Assembly: GCA_001816585.1 (NCBI GenBank)
Contig: MHCJ01000003.1
Location: 778,681 to 842,680 of the forward strand
DNA length: 64,000 nucleotides
From: Candidatus Chisholmbacteria bacterium RIFCSPHIGHO2_01_FULL_52_32
GTDB lineage: Bacteria; Patescibacteriota; Microgenomatia; UBA1400; Chisholmbacteraceae
Direction: 5' to 3'
Below, piece after piece: positions 46,395 to 54,934 of this stretch. The notes beneath the pieces are model-generated. The model had not been told where the DNA came from. It saw only the letters and a program-made list of their open reading frames with translations, and ran no database searches. The position numbers and the translations under genes were made by a program. Numbering within the stretch: position 1 is the first letter of the stretch; each line of letters opens with the position of its first letter.

Positions 46395-48062
46395 TTAGCT
46401 TGTCGATTCTTCAATCCCAGGCGTTTCCAAGACTTCTTCCGATTTTTTCAGAATCTCTTTCCAATTTCCGATTCGACGCCCTAAGGCAATCACCTCCGTC
46501 AATTGCTCTAGATGAAGTACTGCCGAGAGGTTCAAGTACACCAGCACCCCTATCGCTACAACGCTTGTGGTTAAGATGATGAGGTTTATGGTTTTTGTGG
46601 TATCTAAGATGAAGCTATCAATGAGGCGCATTGGAAGCCAAAGGAAAACGCCGGTGACCATGGTTGCTACGATCATTTTTCCCATCGGAAAAAGGAATGA
46701 AGGAGTCATCACTTTCACCTTTCGATTCAGAAGGATCAGCAGAGAAATTGCTTGGAGAAGACTCGCTAGGCTCAGTGCAAGGGCTAAACCGACGACGCCA
46801 AAACCCATGACTCTTGTTAATACAATGCTTAGGATAGCGGTCGTTATGGCGCTTATCGTTCCCGTTGCGAGAGGCGTTTTGGTGTCGTGGGTTGCATAAA
46901 AAGCACGGGTGAGGACACCCACAATACTTTGGGTTGGGATAGAAATAGAAAGCAGTGCCACAGTTTTCCCGGTTAGGAGCGTGGCTTCCCATGGGAAATT
47001 GCGGGCACCAAATGCAATACGTACGACCGGAACTCGAAGGATGAGCAGGATCACTGCGGCAGGGAGCGAGAGGTAAAGCACCTGGAGTAGCGATGATTGA
47101 ACGGTCTTCTGGAACTCCTCTCTCTTCTCGGAAGCAATCTCGGCACTCAAGGTTGGGAACGATGCTTGGCCGATTGCGGTTCCGAATAGGGTGACAGGCA
47201 AAAGGTAGAGCTGCCTGGCAAAATTAAAAATCGTTAAGGATCCCGCATGGAGAGCCGTGGCAATAAAGACGGCGATAAAGCGCTCCGCTTGCCCGATGAC
47301 GAGGGTAAGGGATCTGGGCGGCATGAGTTTTCTGATCTCTTGGACTCCTGGATGACGAAAATCAAGACTGAACCGGTAGCGGAATCCTAATTTTCTTGCT
47401 AGAGGAATCTGGATTACCAAGTGCAAGAATGAGCCAATCACCACTCCGATGGCCGCCCCAAAGATTCCCATTGAAGGCGTTAATACTATAATACCGGTGA
47501 TTATTCCGAAGTTATAGGCGATTGGCGCGAGGGCAGGAATCAAAAATCGTTGATGCGATTGGATGACCGCTGTCAAAAAACCTGAGAGAGTAAAAAAGAT
47601 CTGGGCAATAAGCATTATGCGTAACAGCTGTGAGAGAAGTACGGTTTTATCTGGTTCAAGGGATGGTGCAATGAGAAAAGCGAAGTGTTTACTTGCCAAA
47701 AAAATGATTGTTATGAAGACAAGAAAGGCGATGGTTATGACCGTGATTGCTGCGGAGGCAAGACGAGAGGCTGCTTCCTCCCCCTTCTTCAATTCATGCG
47801 AGAACACTGGAATAAAGGCAGCGGAGAGAGCGCCGATAACCAACAACTGAAATAGCGTATCGGGAATGACAAATGCGGCGAAGTAGACATCCAGTTCTGC
47901 CTCGCGTCCACTAAAGAAGGTGGCTGCTAGCAAGCGGTTGCGCACCAATCCCAGAAGACCAGAAGCGGCATAAGCCACCATAATGACAAATGCGGCTGAA
48001 AGAATATTTGTCTGTCGTCGCAACAACAACAAGCGACCGTTTCTGAAAAAATTCGTTACCAT
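46395..48062 (-). CDS. murJ: Lipid II flippase MurJ/MviN
   Basis: 555 aa, 14-TM MOP-superfamily pattern with conserved MurJ N-terminus. Confidence 0.85.
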   Translation of the reverse strand: MVTNFFRNGRLLLLRRQTNILSAAFVIMVAYAASGLLGLVRNRLLAATFFSGREAELDVYFAAFVIPDTLFQLLVIGALSAAFIPVFSHELKKGEEAASRLASAAITVITIAFLVFITIIFLASKHFAFLIAPSLEPDKTVLLSQLLRIMLIAQIFFTLSGFLTAVIQSHQRFLIPALAPIAYNFGIITGIIVLTPSMGIFGAAIGVVIGSFLHLVIQIPLARKLGFRYRFSLDFRHPGVQEIRKLMPPRSLTLVIGQAERFIAVFIATALHAGSLTIFNFARQLYLLPVTLFGTAIGQASFPTLSAEIASEKREEFQKTVQSSLLQVLYLSLPAAVILLILRVPVVRIAFGARNFPWEATLLTGKTVALLSISIPTQSIVGVLTRAFYATHDTKTPLATGTISAITTAILSIVLTRVMGFGVVGLALALSLASLLQAISLLILLNRKVKVMTPSFLFPMGKMIVATMVTGVFLWLPMRLIDSFILDTTKTINLIILTTSVVAIGVLVYLNLSAVLHLEQLTEVIALGRRIGNWKEILKKSEEVLETPGIEESTS

Positions 48063-48090
48063 CGATTGTGTGCAGTATACCGCTTTGCTC

Positions 48091-48118
48091 TTGAGATTTG
48101 AAGGATGCGTGATACAAT
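48091..48118 (+). promoter_or_regulatory. Candidate sigma70-type promoter (TTGAGA-N16-TACAAT) for rpsT, giving an about 80-nt leader
   Basis: Read from sequence in the divergent murJ/rpsT spacer. Confidence 0.25.
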
Positions 48119-48205
48119 AGGGAAATTACAAATTTCAATTACAGCCACTTGCACGCTGGTTTAAGCGGGCAGGTAAATTACACATCGTTAGAATATTGAG
48201 GTTTT

Positions 48206-48448
48206 ATGCCAGTTCTCCCATCCGCAAAAAGAGCCCTTCGACGAGACCGTCGGCGAGCGGCAGTCAATCGTCCGATTCACTCAAAAATGAAGCGGCTTCG
48301 GCTCCAAGCCATGGAAGACCGAACACCAGAGCTTTTGGCTGCGGCATTTTCGGCAATTGATCGAGCTGCCAAAAAGCACGTCATCCATAAACACGCCGGG
48401 GCTCGTCTTAAATCGCGCCTTTCCTTGTCTCTCCATCGTAAAGGCTAA
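48206..48448 (+). CDS. rpsT: 30S ribosomal protein S20
   Basis: 80 aa, MPVLPSAKRALRRDRRRAAVN.. basic helical S20 pattern. Confidence 0.85.
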   Translation: MPVLPSAKRALRRDRRRAAVNRPIHSKMKRLRLQAMEDRTPELLAAAFSAIDRAAKKHVIHKHAGARLKSRLSLSLHRKG

Positions 48449-48505
48449 TCCGTTTCTTTCTCCTTTGACAAGGCTCAAAGTACTCCATATACTTAAGGAA
48501 CTATC

Positions 48506-49102
48506 ATGGCTGCCCGAAAGCCAACCATTGATCTTCTTTCCCGCGAAGATTTATCTCAACGGCCGGTTGGTCGTTTGCTTCTGTGGATTTTAACTGTCGG
48601 GCGTTACATCGTTATTTTCTCAGAACTCGTAGTCATTTCTGGATTTATCATCCGTGTTATTCTTGATCGAAATCTCAATTCCATCAATGAAGATCTCCTT
48701 CGACAAAAAGCCATCCTCGCTTCTTATCTTCCAACCGAGCAACGCGTTCGCCGCGCAGCTCAGCAATTTGCGACCATCTCACGGATTGAACAGGAGCAGC
48801 AAGATCTCGGGAAGCTCCTCGAAAAGATCGGCCAAGTTTCCCCAAAGGATCTCAGGTTCTCCAATCTCTCCCTTGACCCTCGTACCATGGAGATCTCTGC
48901 TGTCGCACTATCTCCTTCGGGGTTTTCGACGTTTTTGGGGAACCTCCAGGCTGACCCAGGTATCGGCGATCTGATTCTTCAATCTGTCGAATCCGGCACA
49001 GCTCAAGATCCCGGTATCCATTTTCGTTTGACCGTTGAATTTGTGGGAGCACCATCATTACTTCAAACCCAACCGCCTCCCACTGAAGAGGAGCAGCTTT
49101 AG
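48506..49102 (+). CDS. pilN: Type IV pilus assembly protein PilN-like (bitopic)
   Basis: N-terminal IDLLS (compare PilN INLLP) cytoplasmic peptide, TM, coiled coil, C-terminal domain resembling PilN; AAGGAA SD. Confidence 0.55.
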   Translation: MAARKPTIDLLSREDLSQRPVGRLLLWILTVGRYIVIFSELVVISGFIIRVILDRNLNSINEDLLRQKAILASYLPTEQRVRRAAQQFATISRIEQEQQDLGKLLEKIGQVSPKDLRFSNLSLDPRTMEISAVALSPSGFSTFLGNLQADPGIGDLILQSVESGTAQDPGIHFRLTVEFVGAPSLLQTQPPPTEEEQL

Positions 49103-49114
49103 CAAAAACCCTTT

Positions 49115-49765
49115 ATGTCTTTTCCGTACGAAGAAAATTTTCGCCGCTATGGTCGCTACTATCGGACCGCACGAAAGTATGCCCAACGCCCAGAAGTTCT
49201 GATTTCCACAAGTTTTATCCTTGCTCTTTTCACCATCTCGTTTTTTGCTATCGTGGCGATCAGACCGACGGCCATTACCATCGCTAAACTCTGGAGAGAG
49301 ATTCAAGAGAAGAAAACCATCCAAGCCACGCTGGCGCAGAAGATCGCGAAACTTGAGGAGGCACAATCCACCTATTCTGCTCTTGAGGAAGACCTGGCGC
49401 TTCTCGATCGTGCACTTCCCGAAACTCCGGAGTTTTCCCGGCTGGTACGGGAAATGGAATATCTGTCTTTGACCCAAGGGCTCCAAATCGATGCAGGCCG
49501 CTATGAAACCCTTGAGCTTTGGGTCAGAGAAGCCAGTGCTTCTACGGAAATTGGAACGCATCCGTTCACGTTAGTCCTCCGCGGAACCTATCCTAAACTT
49601 CGCTCTTTTGTTTCGGATTTGGAACGACTAGACCGGCTGCTTTCTATTGGTATGGTGACAATGCAACCATCCCAAAAGCAAGACCAGCCTGGAATCTACG
49701 ACTTAACGCTGACTGCAAATATTCGTGCTTTTTCATTTCCTAGCGGCCTCGATCTTGAACGCTAA
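49115..49765 (+). CDS. pilO: PilO-like type IV pilus assembly protein
   Basis: Short cytoplasmic N-terminus, TM, coiled coil (..LAQKIAKLEEAQSTYSALEEDLALL..), alpha/beta core; follows the PilN-like gene. Confidence 0.45.
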   Translation: MSFPYEENFRRYGRYYRTARKYAQRPEVLISTSFILALFTISFFAIVAIRPTAITIAKLWREIQEKKTIQATLAQKIAKLEEAQSTYSALEEDLALLDRALPETPEFSRLVREMEYLSLTQGLQIDAGRYETLELWVREASASTEIGTHPFTLVLRGTYPKLRSFVSDLERLDRLLSIGMVTMQPSQKQDQPGIYDLTLTANIRAFSFPSGLDLER

Positions 49766-49770
49766 CGATT

Positions 49771-50091
49771 ATGCCATCATCAGAACGATTGAAACGACAA
49801 CTCCTTGAATTTGGAATCCTGACTTTAATCACGGTCATCGCGTGGATTGGGTATGGCGTGTACTCCGTCCTCACACAACCTGTTCGCACCAATGTGAGTA
49901 ATGAGGAACTTCGTCCGTTGCCTCCACTTCTCACAACGGATCAAGTGGGCATTCTTCGGAACCGACTTAGCGTTGGCGATGATGTTCTTGAACAGTTTTC
50001 CCTTTCCCCTTCGGAAATTCCCAGCCCGGTCACTCTCCCCATTCCTCCCCCAACTTCTGCTTCACCTTCTGGTTTGCCATCGACACCTTAG
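49771..50091 (+). CDS. Small bitopic membrane protein with Pro-rich C-terminus (possible PilP-like pilus accessory protein)
   Basis: TM LEFGILTLITVIAWIGYGVY; Pro-rich tail PIPPPTSASPSGLPSTP; operon position after pilO. Confidence 0.35.
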   Translation: MPSSERLKRQLLEFGILTLITVIAWIGYGVYSVLTQPVRTNVSNEELRPLPPLLTTDQVGILRNRLSVGDDVLEQFSLSPSEIPSPVTLPIPPPTSASPSGLPSTP

Positions 50092-50155
50092 TCTCTCTCT
50101 TTAAGTAAGTTAGGGTTGAGAAGCACTGGGATTTAGTGCTAGGATGGAATAACCC

Positions 50156-51571
50156 ATGCTTAAGAAACGTATTCCTACTATTCTCGGCATCCTCTTATTA
50201 CTGGTCGGGATCACCGCAGGGGTTTATCTGGTTGAACTTGGTCCTCAATCGCTTACGACCCGAGCCGGCCCAGAATATACCCCTTCTCATGTGGCGATTA
50301 CCAATATCACCGATCATTCCTTTACCGTTTCTTGGCTCACGGAAACTCTATCTTTGGGTTTCGTTCGGTATGGGACATCCGGTACTGCCCTAGACCTTTC
50401 GGCGCTTGATGATCGCACCGAGAGCGAGGAGAGCGATCAAACCTTTATAACCCATCATGCCACGGTTGAGAATCTGTCTCCGAACACGACCTACTATTTT
50501 GAAATTATTTCCGGAACAGGAACCACAAGTTTTACCAACAACGGGGAACCTTATACCGCAACCACGGCTTCAACCTTTTCGCCTTCTGTCTCCGCCGACA
50601 CCGCGTACGGCGCTGTTTACTTTCCCGACTTAAGCCCGGCTGAGGGTGCATTGGTTTATGTCACCCTTGAGGGAGGTTCTCCGCTGTCATCGCTTGTCGC
50701 ATCCACCGGAACGTGGGGCGTTCCGTTATCTTCAATGCGAACCGCAGACCTTGCCTCTACTATCCAGTATGATCCTTCCGAGACGACGCTTACGATTCGC
50801 GTTGTTGGGTCTGATGGGACTGAGGTTGCGGTTACGACGACCACCGGAAGTGATACTCCAGTCGATGACATCGTCCTTTCGAAGATGTCCGAGGAGGTAG
50901 CCGAGATCCAGGAGGATGCAACCAGTTCGGCGACGACCAGTCAGTTCTCTCTCACTCCCCTTGCGGATCTTCCAGAGACAGAAGGCAACAGCGTCACGGT
51001 TGTCGATCCTTCTGAGGGAGAGGCGATCAATACCCAACTGCCAGAATTCCACGGGAGCGGCCCTGCAGGCAGTTCGATTACCGTGATTGTGGAATCAGAG
51101 CAGCCTCTCCAGGCAACGGTGCAGGTGGATGCTCTGGGCCAATGGTCATGGTCTCCGTCTGTTCCCCTCGATCCCGGTGAACACCAGCTGACGATCCGTT
51201 GGCTGGATCAGAGTGGTATCGTGCGCTCAATATCCAGGAGTTTCGTCGTCTATGCTCAAGGAGAGAGTTCCCTTCCGGCGTTTGAGTCGACTCCGTCTGC
51301 AACAGCGACACCGACTCCAGTTGAGCTGGCCGCCATTACCCCTACCCCAATTCCGACAGCCAGACCCACAACGTCACCACAACCTACCGTTCCCCCGACG
51401 ATCACTGTCACGCCGACTCCGTCCCCGCGTCCGAGTCCTACTCCTGAAGCAACTACTCCCGCTCTTCCAGTACCAGGATCGGGAGCGTTTTCTGTCATTC
51501 TTATTCTCTCAGGGCTTTCTCTCACGGTTTCTGGAGCGCTCCTTTTGTCACGAAAATCCTTCCTTCTGTAA
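50156..51571 (+). CDS. Secreted cell-surface protein: N-terminal signal/anchor, FN3-like (purple-acid-phosphatase-N-type) domain, beta-sandwich/Ig-like domains, Pro/Thr-rich stalk, C-terminal LPxxG-type sorting signal (LPVPGSG + hydrophobic segment + RKSFLL)
   Basis: HSFTVSWLTE...RYGTS...TTYYFEI FN3 pattern; TPSATATPTPVELAAITPTPIPTARPTTSPQPTVPPTITVTPTPSPRPSPTP linker; tail motif, TM and basic end read directly. Confidence 0.6.
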   Translation: MLKKRIPTILGILLLLVGITAGVYLVELGPQSLTTRAGPEYTPSHVAITNITDHSFTVSWLTETLSLGFVRYGTSGTALDLSALDDRTESEESDQTFITHHATVENLSPNTTYYFEIISGTGTTSFTNNGEPYTATTASTFSPSVSADTAYGAVYFPDLSPAEGALVYVTLEGGSPLSSLVASTGTWGVPLSSMRTADLASTIQYDPSETTLTIRVVGSDGTEVAVTTTTGSDTPVDDIVLSKMSEEVAEIQEDATSSATTSQFSLTPLADLPETEGNSVTVVDPSEGEAINTQLPEFHGSGPAGSSITVIVESEQPLQATVQVDALGQWSWSPSVPLDPGEHQLTIRWLDQSGIVRSISRSFVVYAQGESSLPAFESTPSATATPTPVELAAITPTPIPTARPTTSPQPTVPPTITVTPTPSPRPSPTPEATTPALPVPGSGAFSVILILSGLSLTVSGALLLSRKSFLL

Positions 51572-51742
51572 ACGTTCCTTTTGTTTCGAACCTTCTCCTT
51601 TTTTCCCTGTTACAATACTGCTATCCACCTCATTGCTGGCGGCTCGGGCTCGCTTTGGTACTCACCCCGCGAGCTGTAAGCTTTAGGTTGGATGTTGTCT
51701 CTATGAGTAGGCGAACACGCGTAATATTTTAGGGAAAGCTCC

Positions 51743-53014
51743 ATGCGCGTTGCGATCGTTGGTGCGGGATTCACGGGATTAACTTCAGCGCTTCGGTTGT
51801 CGCAAGCGGGCGAATCAGTCTCGTTGTTTGAGGCGTCTGATGCTCCCGGCGGGCTTGCTTCCGGATTGAGTCGCCCTGGCTGGGAATGGCCCGTTGAGCG
51901 TTTCTATCATCATATCTTCACCAATGATGCGGCTATCATCCGACTGGCACATGAGGTTTCCTGGCCTCCATTATTTTTCCATCCTGAAACCTCTGTGTAT
52001 TTTGAAGACAGGATATATCCCTTTGATTCTGTGCTTGACCTTCTCCGCTTTCCGCATCTCTCTTTAGCCTCGAAAGTCAGAATGGGCGCCACTCTCGGGT
52101 TCCTGAAAGCCCTTCCTTTCTGGAAGCCTCTGGAACGGTTCACCGCCGATCGCTTCCTGCGTTTCACCATGGGAAGTGCCGGGTATACCACAATTTGGGA
52201 ACCGCTCCTGATCGGGAAATTTGGACCCTTCGCTCCATCTGTCAATGCGGCTTGGTTTTGGGCAAGGGTATTTAAACGGACGGCGAGGCTCGGATATTTT
52301 CGGCGCGGTTTCCAGGGTCTGGCTGATCAAATTGTCGACTCAATCACCAAGCGTGGGGGGCGGGTTTTGACCAACCATCCCGTCGAAAACGTATCTGTCT
52401 CAAAGAAAGGCTTTGTTGTCCGATCTGCTTCTCGGGAGCAGCTGTTTGACCGGGTCCTTTTTACCACCAGCACCTCTTTGTTTCTTCGTCTTTTTCCGGC
52501 GCTTCCGGATCGGTACCGGTCTGGTTTGCAACAGCTTGCCTCTGTCGATGCTTTAGTTTTGCTTTTGGTCCTTCGAAAGCCTTTTATGGAGGGCGTTTAT
52601 TGGCTCAATGTTCTTTCGCGGTCGCTCCCCTTTTTGGTTCTGATTGAGCATACCAATATGATCGATTCAAAGTACTACGGCGGGAACCACCTGCTTTACC
52701 TCGGGACCTATCTTCCGGCAACAGATCCGTTACTTCACCGTTCTCCCTCATTCCTTCGCCATCTGGCAATCCGGCAGCTTCTGGCAATTCGGAATGACTT
52801 TGATCCTTCCAATATCACCTCTTGTTTTGTCTTTCGGGGGCCGCAAGCACAACCGGTCGTTCCGGTTTCTTATTCATCCATTCTGCCTACCATTTCCACT
52901 CCCATTCCGAACCTCTATCTTGGAAATATGAATCTTGTCTATCCATGGGATCGGGGTACGAACTACGCCGTCGAACTCGGAGAAAAACTGGCTCGTGTTA
53001 TCCTTCACCCGTAG
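51743..53014 (+). CDS. FAD/NAD(P)-binding Rossmann oxidoreductase (amine-oxidase / CrtI / UDP-galactopyranose-mutase structural class)
   Basis: N-terminal VAIVGAGFTGL...LFEASDAPGG dinucleotide-binding motif; 423 aa. Confidence 0.7.
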   Translation: MRVAIVGAGFTGLTSALRLSQAGESVSLFEASDAPGGLASGLSRPGWEWPVERFYHHIFTNDAAIIRLAHEVSWPPLFFHPETSVYFEDRIYPFDSVLDLLRFPHLSLASKVRMGATLGFLKALPFWKPLERFTADRFLRFTMGSAGYTTIWEPLLIGKFGPFAPSVNAAWFWARVFKRTARLGYFRRGFQGLADQIVDSITKRGGRVLTNHPVENVSVSKKGFVVRSASREQLFDRVLFTTSTSLFLRLFPALPDRYRSGLQQLASVDALVLLLVLRKPFMEGVYWLNVLSRSLPFLVLIEHTNMIDSKYYGGNHLLYLGTYLPATDPLLHRSPSFLRHLAIRQLLAIRNDFDPSNITSCFVFRGPQAQPVVPVSYSSILPTISTPIPNLYLGNMNLVYPWDRGTNYAVELGEKLARVILHP

Positions 53015-53017
53015 TCC

Positions 53018-54934
53018 ATGAAACTTCAGCCGTCAATCTCTTCCACGAGTTTCGCGTTCAAGAACCTTACCCAACTGTCAGAAGGGGCGCGGAACAGATT
53101 CGTACAGGCTGCTATGGCCAGGCTAAAAGCATGGCGAGACTACCAAAGTGACAAGAAAAATCAAGACAAACCTTCTGCAGCCAAACGAATTTCTGTTATG
53201 CGGCCCGCTCGGGATAAACCGTTTGCGACCAAGAAATTTCCGTTCCGCGGATTCAATAATGACGCGAACGTCGAGTCTTCTTGGAAATTCTGGCTGACAC
53301 TTATCGTTCTGGTTGGCGGTTTTTTCCGTTTCGCAAAGCTCGATTGGGGGGACGGTTATTTCTTTCATCCTGATGAGTATCACATCAGCTCTGCCGTTGA
53401 TAAACTCTCTTTTCCCTTTCAGATGGATCCCCATTTCTATGCGTATGGTTCTTTCCCCATCTATCTTATCTATTTTGCACGGGCAATCATCTTCGCCCTA
53501 TTCCCAGATTATCTCTTTTCTCCCATACTGATAGGGAGATTCTTTTCCGCTTTCTTTTCAACCATTACAATTTTGTTTGTCTTTTTGAGCGCACGGATCA
53601 CGTTTCGAAACCATACAATCGCTCTGCTCCCTGCCCTTCTGGCGGCGTTAACCCCTGGACTTATCCAACAAGCGCATTTTGCCACCCCTGAGTCCAGTCT
53701 GACCTTTTTTATTTTTCTTTGCCTGTGGCTGTGGCTCTCTTATCTTCGCACCACTCGTCCGGTCTTTCTTTATGTTTCCGCCATCTCCCTTGGGTTGGCT
53801 GTAGCTTCGAAAATTTCCGCTGTTTCTCTGCTTCCCGTGTTTGTGTTCCTCCCTTTTTTCAAGCGCGTTTTATCCTCTTTTCGATCTGTTCTCGCGGGCA
53901 TAGCTCGCTTGGGTGTTTGTCTCCTTCTTGTCCTTGTTTCGTTCCTATCCGTCTTCCCCTTTGCTCTTTATTCCTTCAGCGCTTTTTCCTCTTCCCTTTC
54001 TTATGAGATCGGTGTCGGAAGAGGAGAGCCGATCGTCTTTTACACACGGCAGTTTATCGATACCGCTCCGCTCCTGTTTCATACTATGCATATCCTCCCC
54101 TATGCTCTTGGGCCGGCGATGCTTGGATTTGGAGGTGTCGGATTCCTGATTGTGGTTTCTGATATCTCTTTGCTGAGGTTTGGTACAAAGCGAGACAGGG
54201 TCCTCTGGGGTTTGCTTGTTATTGTTTTTCTGGCTTTGTTTCTCCCTCAGATATTCCTGTTTGCAAAATGGACACGGTTCATCGCGCCCTCGTTTGCCTT
54301 TTTTTCTTTGTTTTCGACCTATTTTTTCTATCGGATCAGTCCTTTCCTCAAGTCGCAAGCTTTGGGGGGGGTGATTCAATCGGTTGCCTGTCTCGTTCTC
54401 CTTCTGCCCACCATTTTTTGGGCGCTTGCGGTTTCTTCCGTCTATTTCCGGCGAGATGTCCGCGTCCTTGCGACAGCGTGGGTCGCCCAACAGCTTCCGC
54501 CACGTTCCTTCCTTCTTACCGAATCTGGCAACATCCTTGAAGTCCCTCTCTGGGGTGAGTTTCGCAAAGACGCATTTGACTTTTATGAGCTTGAACACCG
54601 AGCGGATCTTCAAAGACAGCTTCCGACTCTTCTTTCACAAGCGGATTATTTCATCGTCCAGAGCCGGCGCATCTTTTTCAACCATCAGCGGCTTCCCGCA
54701 CAATTTCCTTTTACATCTCGGTTTTATGATCTTCTCTTCTCCGGCTCCTTAGGATTCGAGTCAATGGCTACCTTTTCCTCCTATCCGAGGTTATCCTTCG
54801 GTCGGGCAACCATAGAAATACCTGATGAAGTAGCCGAAGAAACGTGGTCGGTTTTTGACCATCCGGTGGTACGGATTTTTCGGAAGAGCGTTTTATTCAC
54901 TGAGGCAGAATATGAAGAGCTTCTCACTGACTAA
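53018..54934 (+). CDS. Polytopic membrane protein, YYY/DUF2298-like putative GT-C glycosyltransferase (paralog 1) with loop-1 HPDE motif
   Basis: Basic N-terminal region then more than 10 TM helices; WGDGYFFHPDEY...FYAYGSFP motif; C-terminal soluble domain. Confidence 0.6.
   Translation: MKLQPSISSTSFAFKNLTQLSEGARNRFVQAAMARLKAWRDYQSDKKNQDKPSAAKRISVMRPARDKPFATKKFPFRGFNNDANVESSWKFWLTLIVLVGGFFRFAKLDWGDGYFFHPDEYHISSAVDKLSFPFQMDPHFYAYGSFPIYLIYFARAIIFALFPDYLFSPILIGRFFSAFFSTITILFVFLSARITFRNHTIALLPALLAALTPGLIQQAHFATPESSLTFFIFLCLWLWLSYLRTTRPVFLYVSAISLGLAVASKISAVSLLPVFVFLPFFKRVLSSFRSVLAGIARLGVCLLLVLVSFLSVFPFALYSFSAFSSSLSYEIGVGRGEPIVFYTRQFIDTAPLLFHTMHILPYALGPAMLGFGGVGFLIVVSDISLLRFGTKRDRVLWGLLVIVFLALFLPQIFLFAKWTRFIAPSFAFFSLFSTYFFYRISPFLKSQALGGVIQSVACLVLLLPTIFWALAVSSVYFRRDVRVLATAWVAQQLPPRSFLLTESGNILEVPLWGEFRKDAFDFYELEHRADLQRQLPTLLSQADYFIVQSRRIFFNHQRLPAQFPFTSRFYDLLFSGSLGFESMATFSSYPRLSFGRATIEIPDEVAEETWSVFDHPVVRIFRKSVLFTEAEYEELLTD

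Noticed and set aside
51572-51742. 171-bp spacer before the FAD oxidoreductase with TACAAT-like hexamer and GC-rich imperfect palindrome
   Set aside because: No convincing -35 element at proper spacing, and the palindrome is weak. A promoter probably exists here but I cannot place it from sequence alone.
53945-54613. 222-aa minus-strand ORF
   Set aside because: Antisense inside GT-C paralog 1; Lys/Arg-rich translation of the opposite strand of TM-helix codons.
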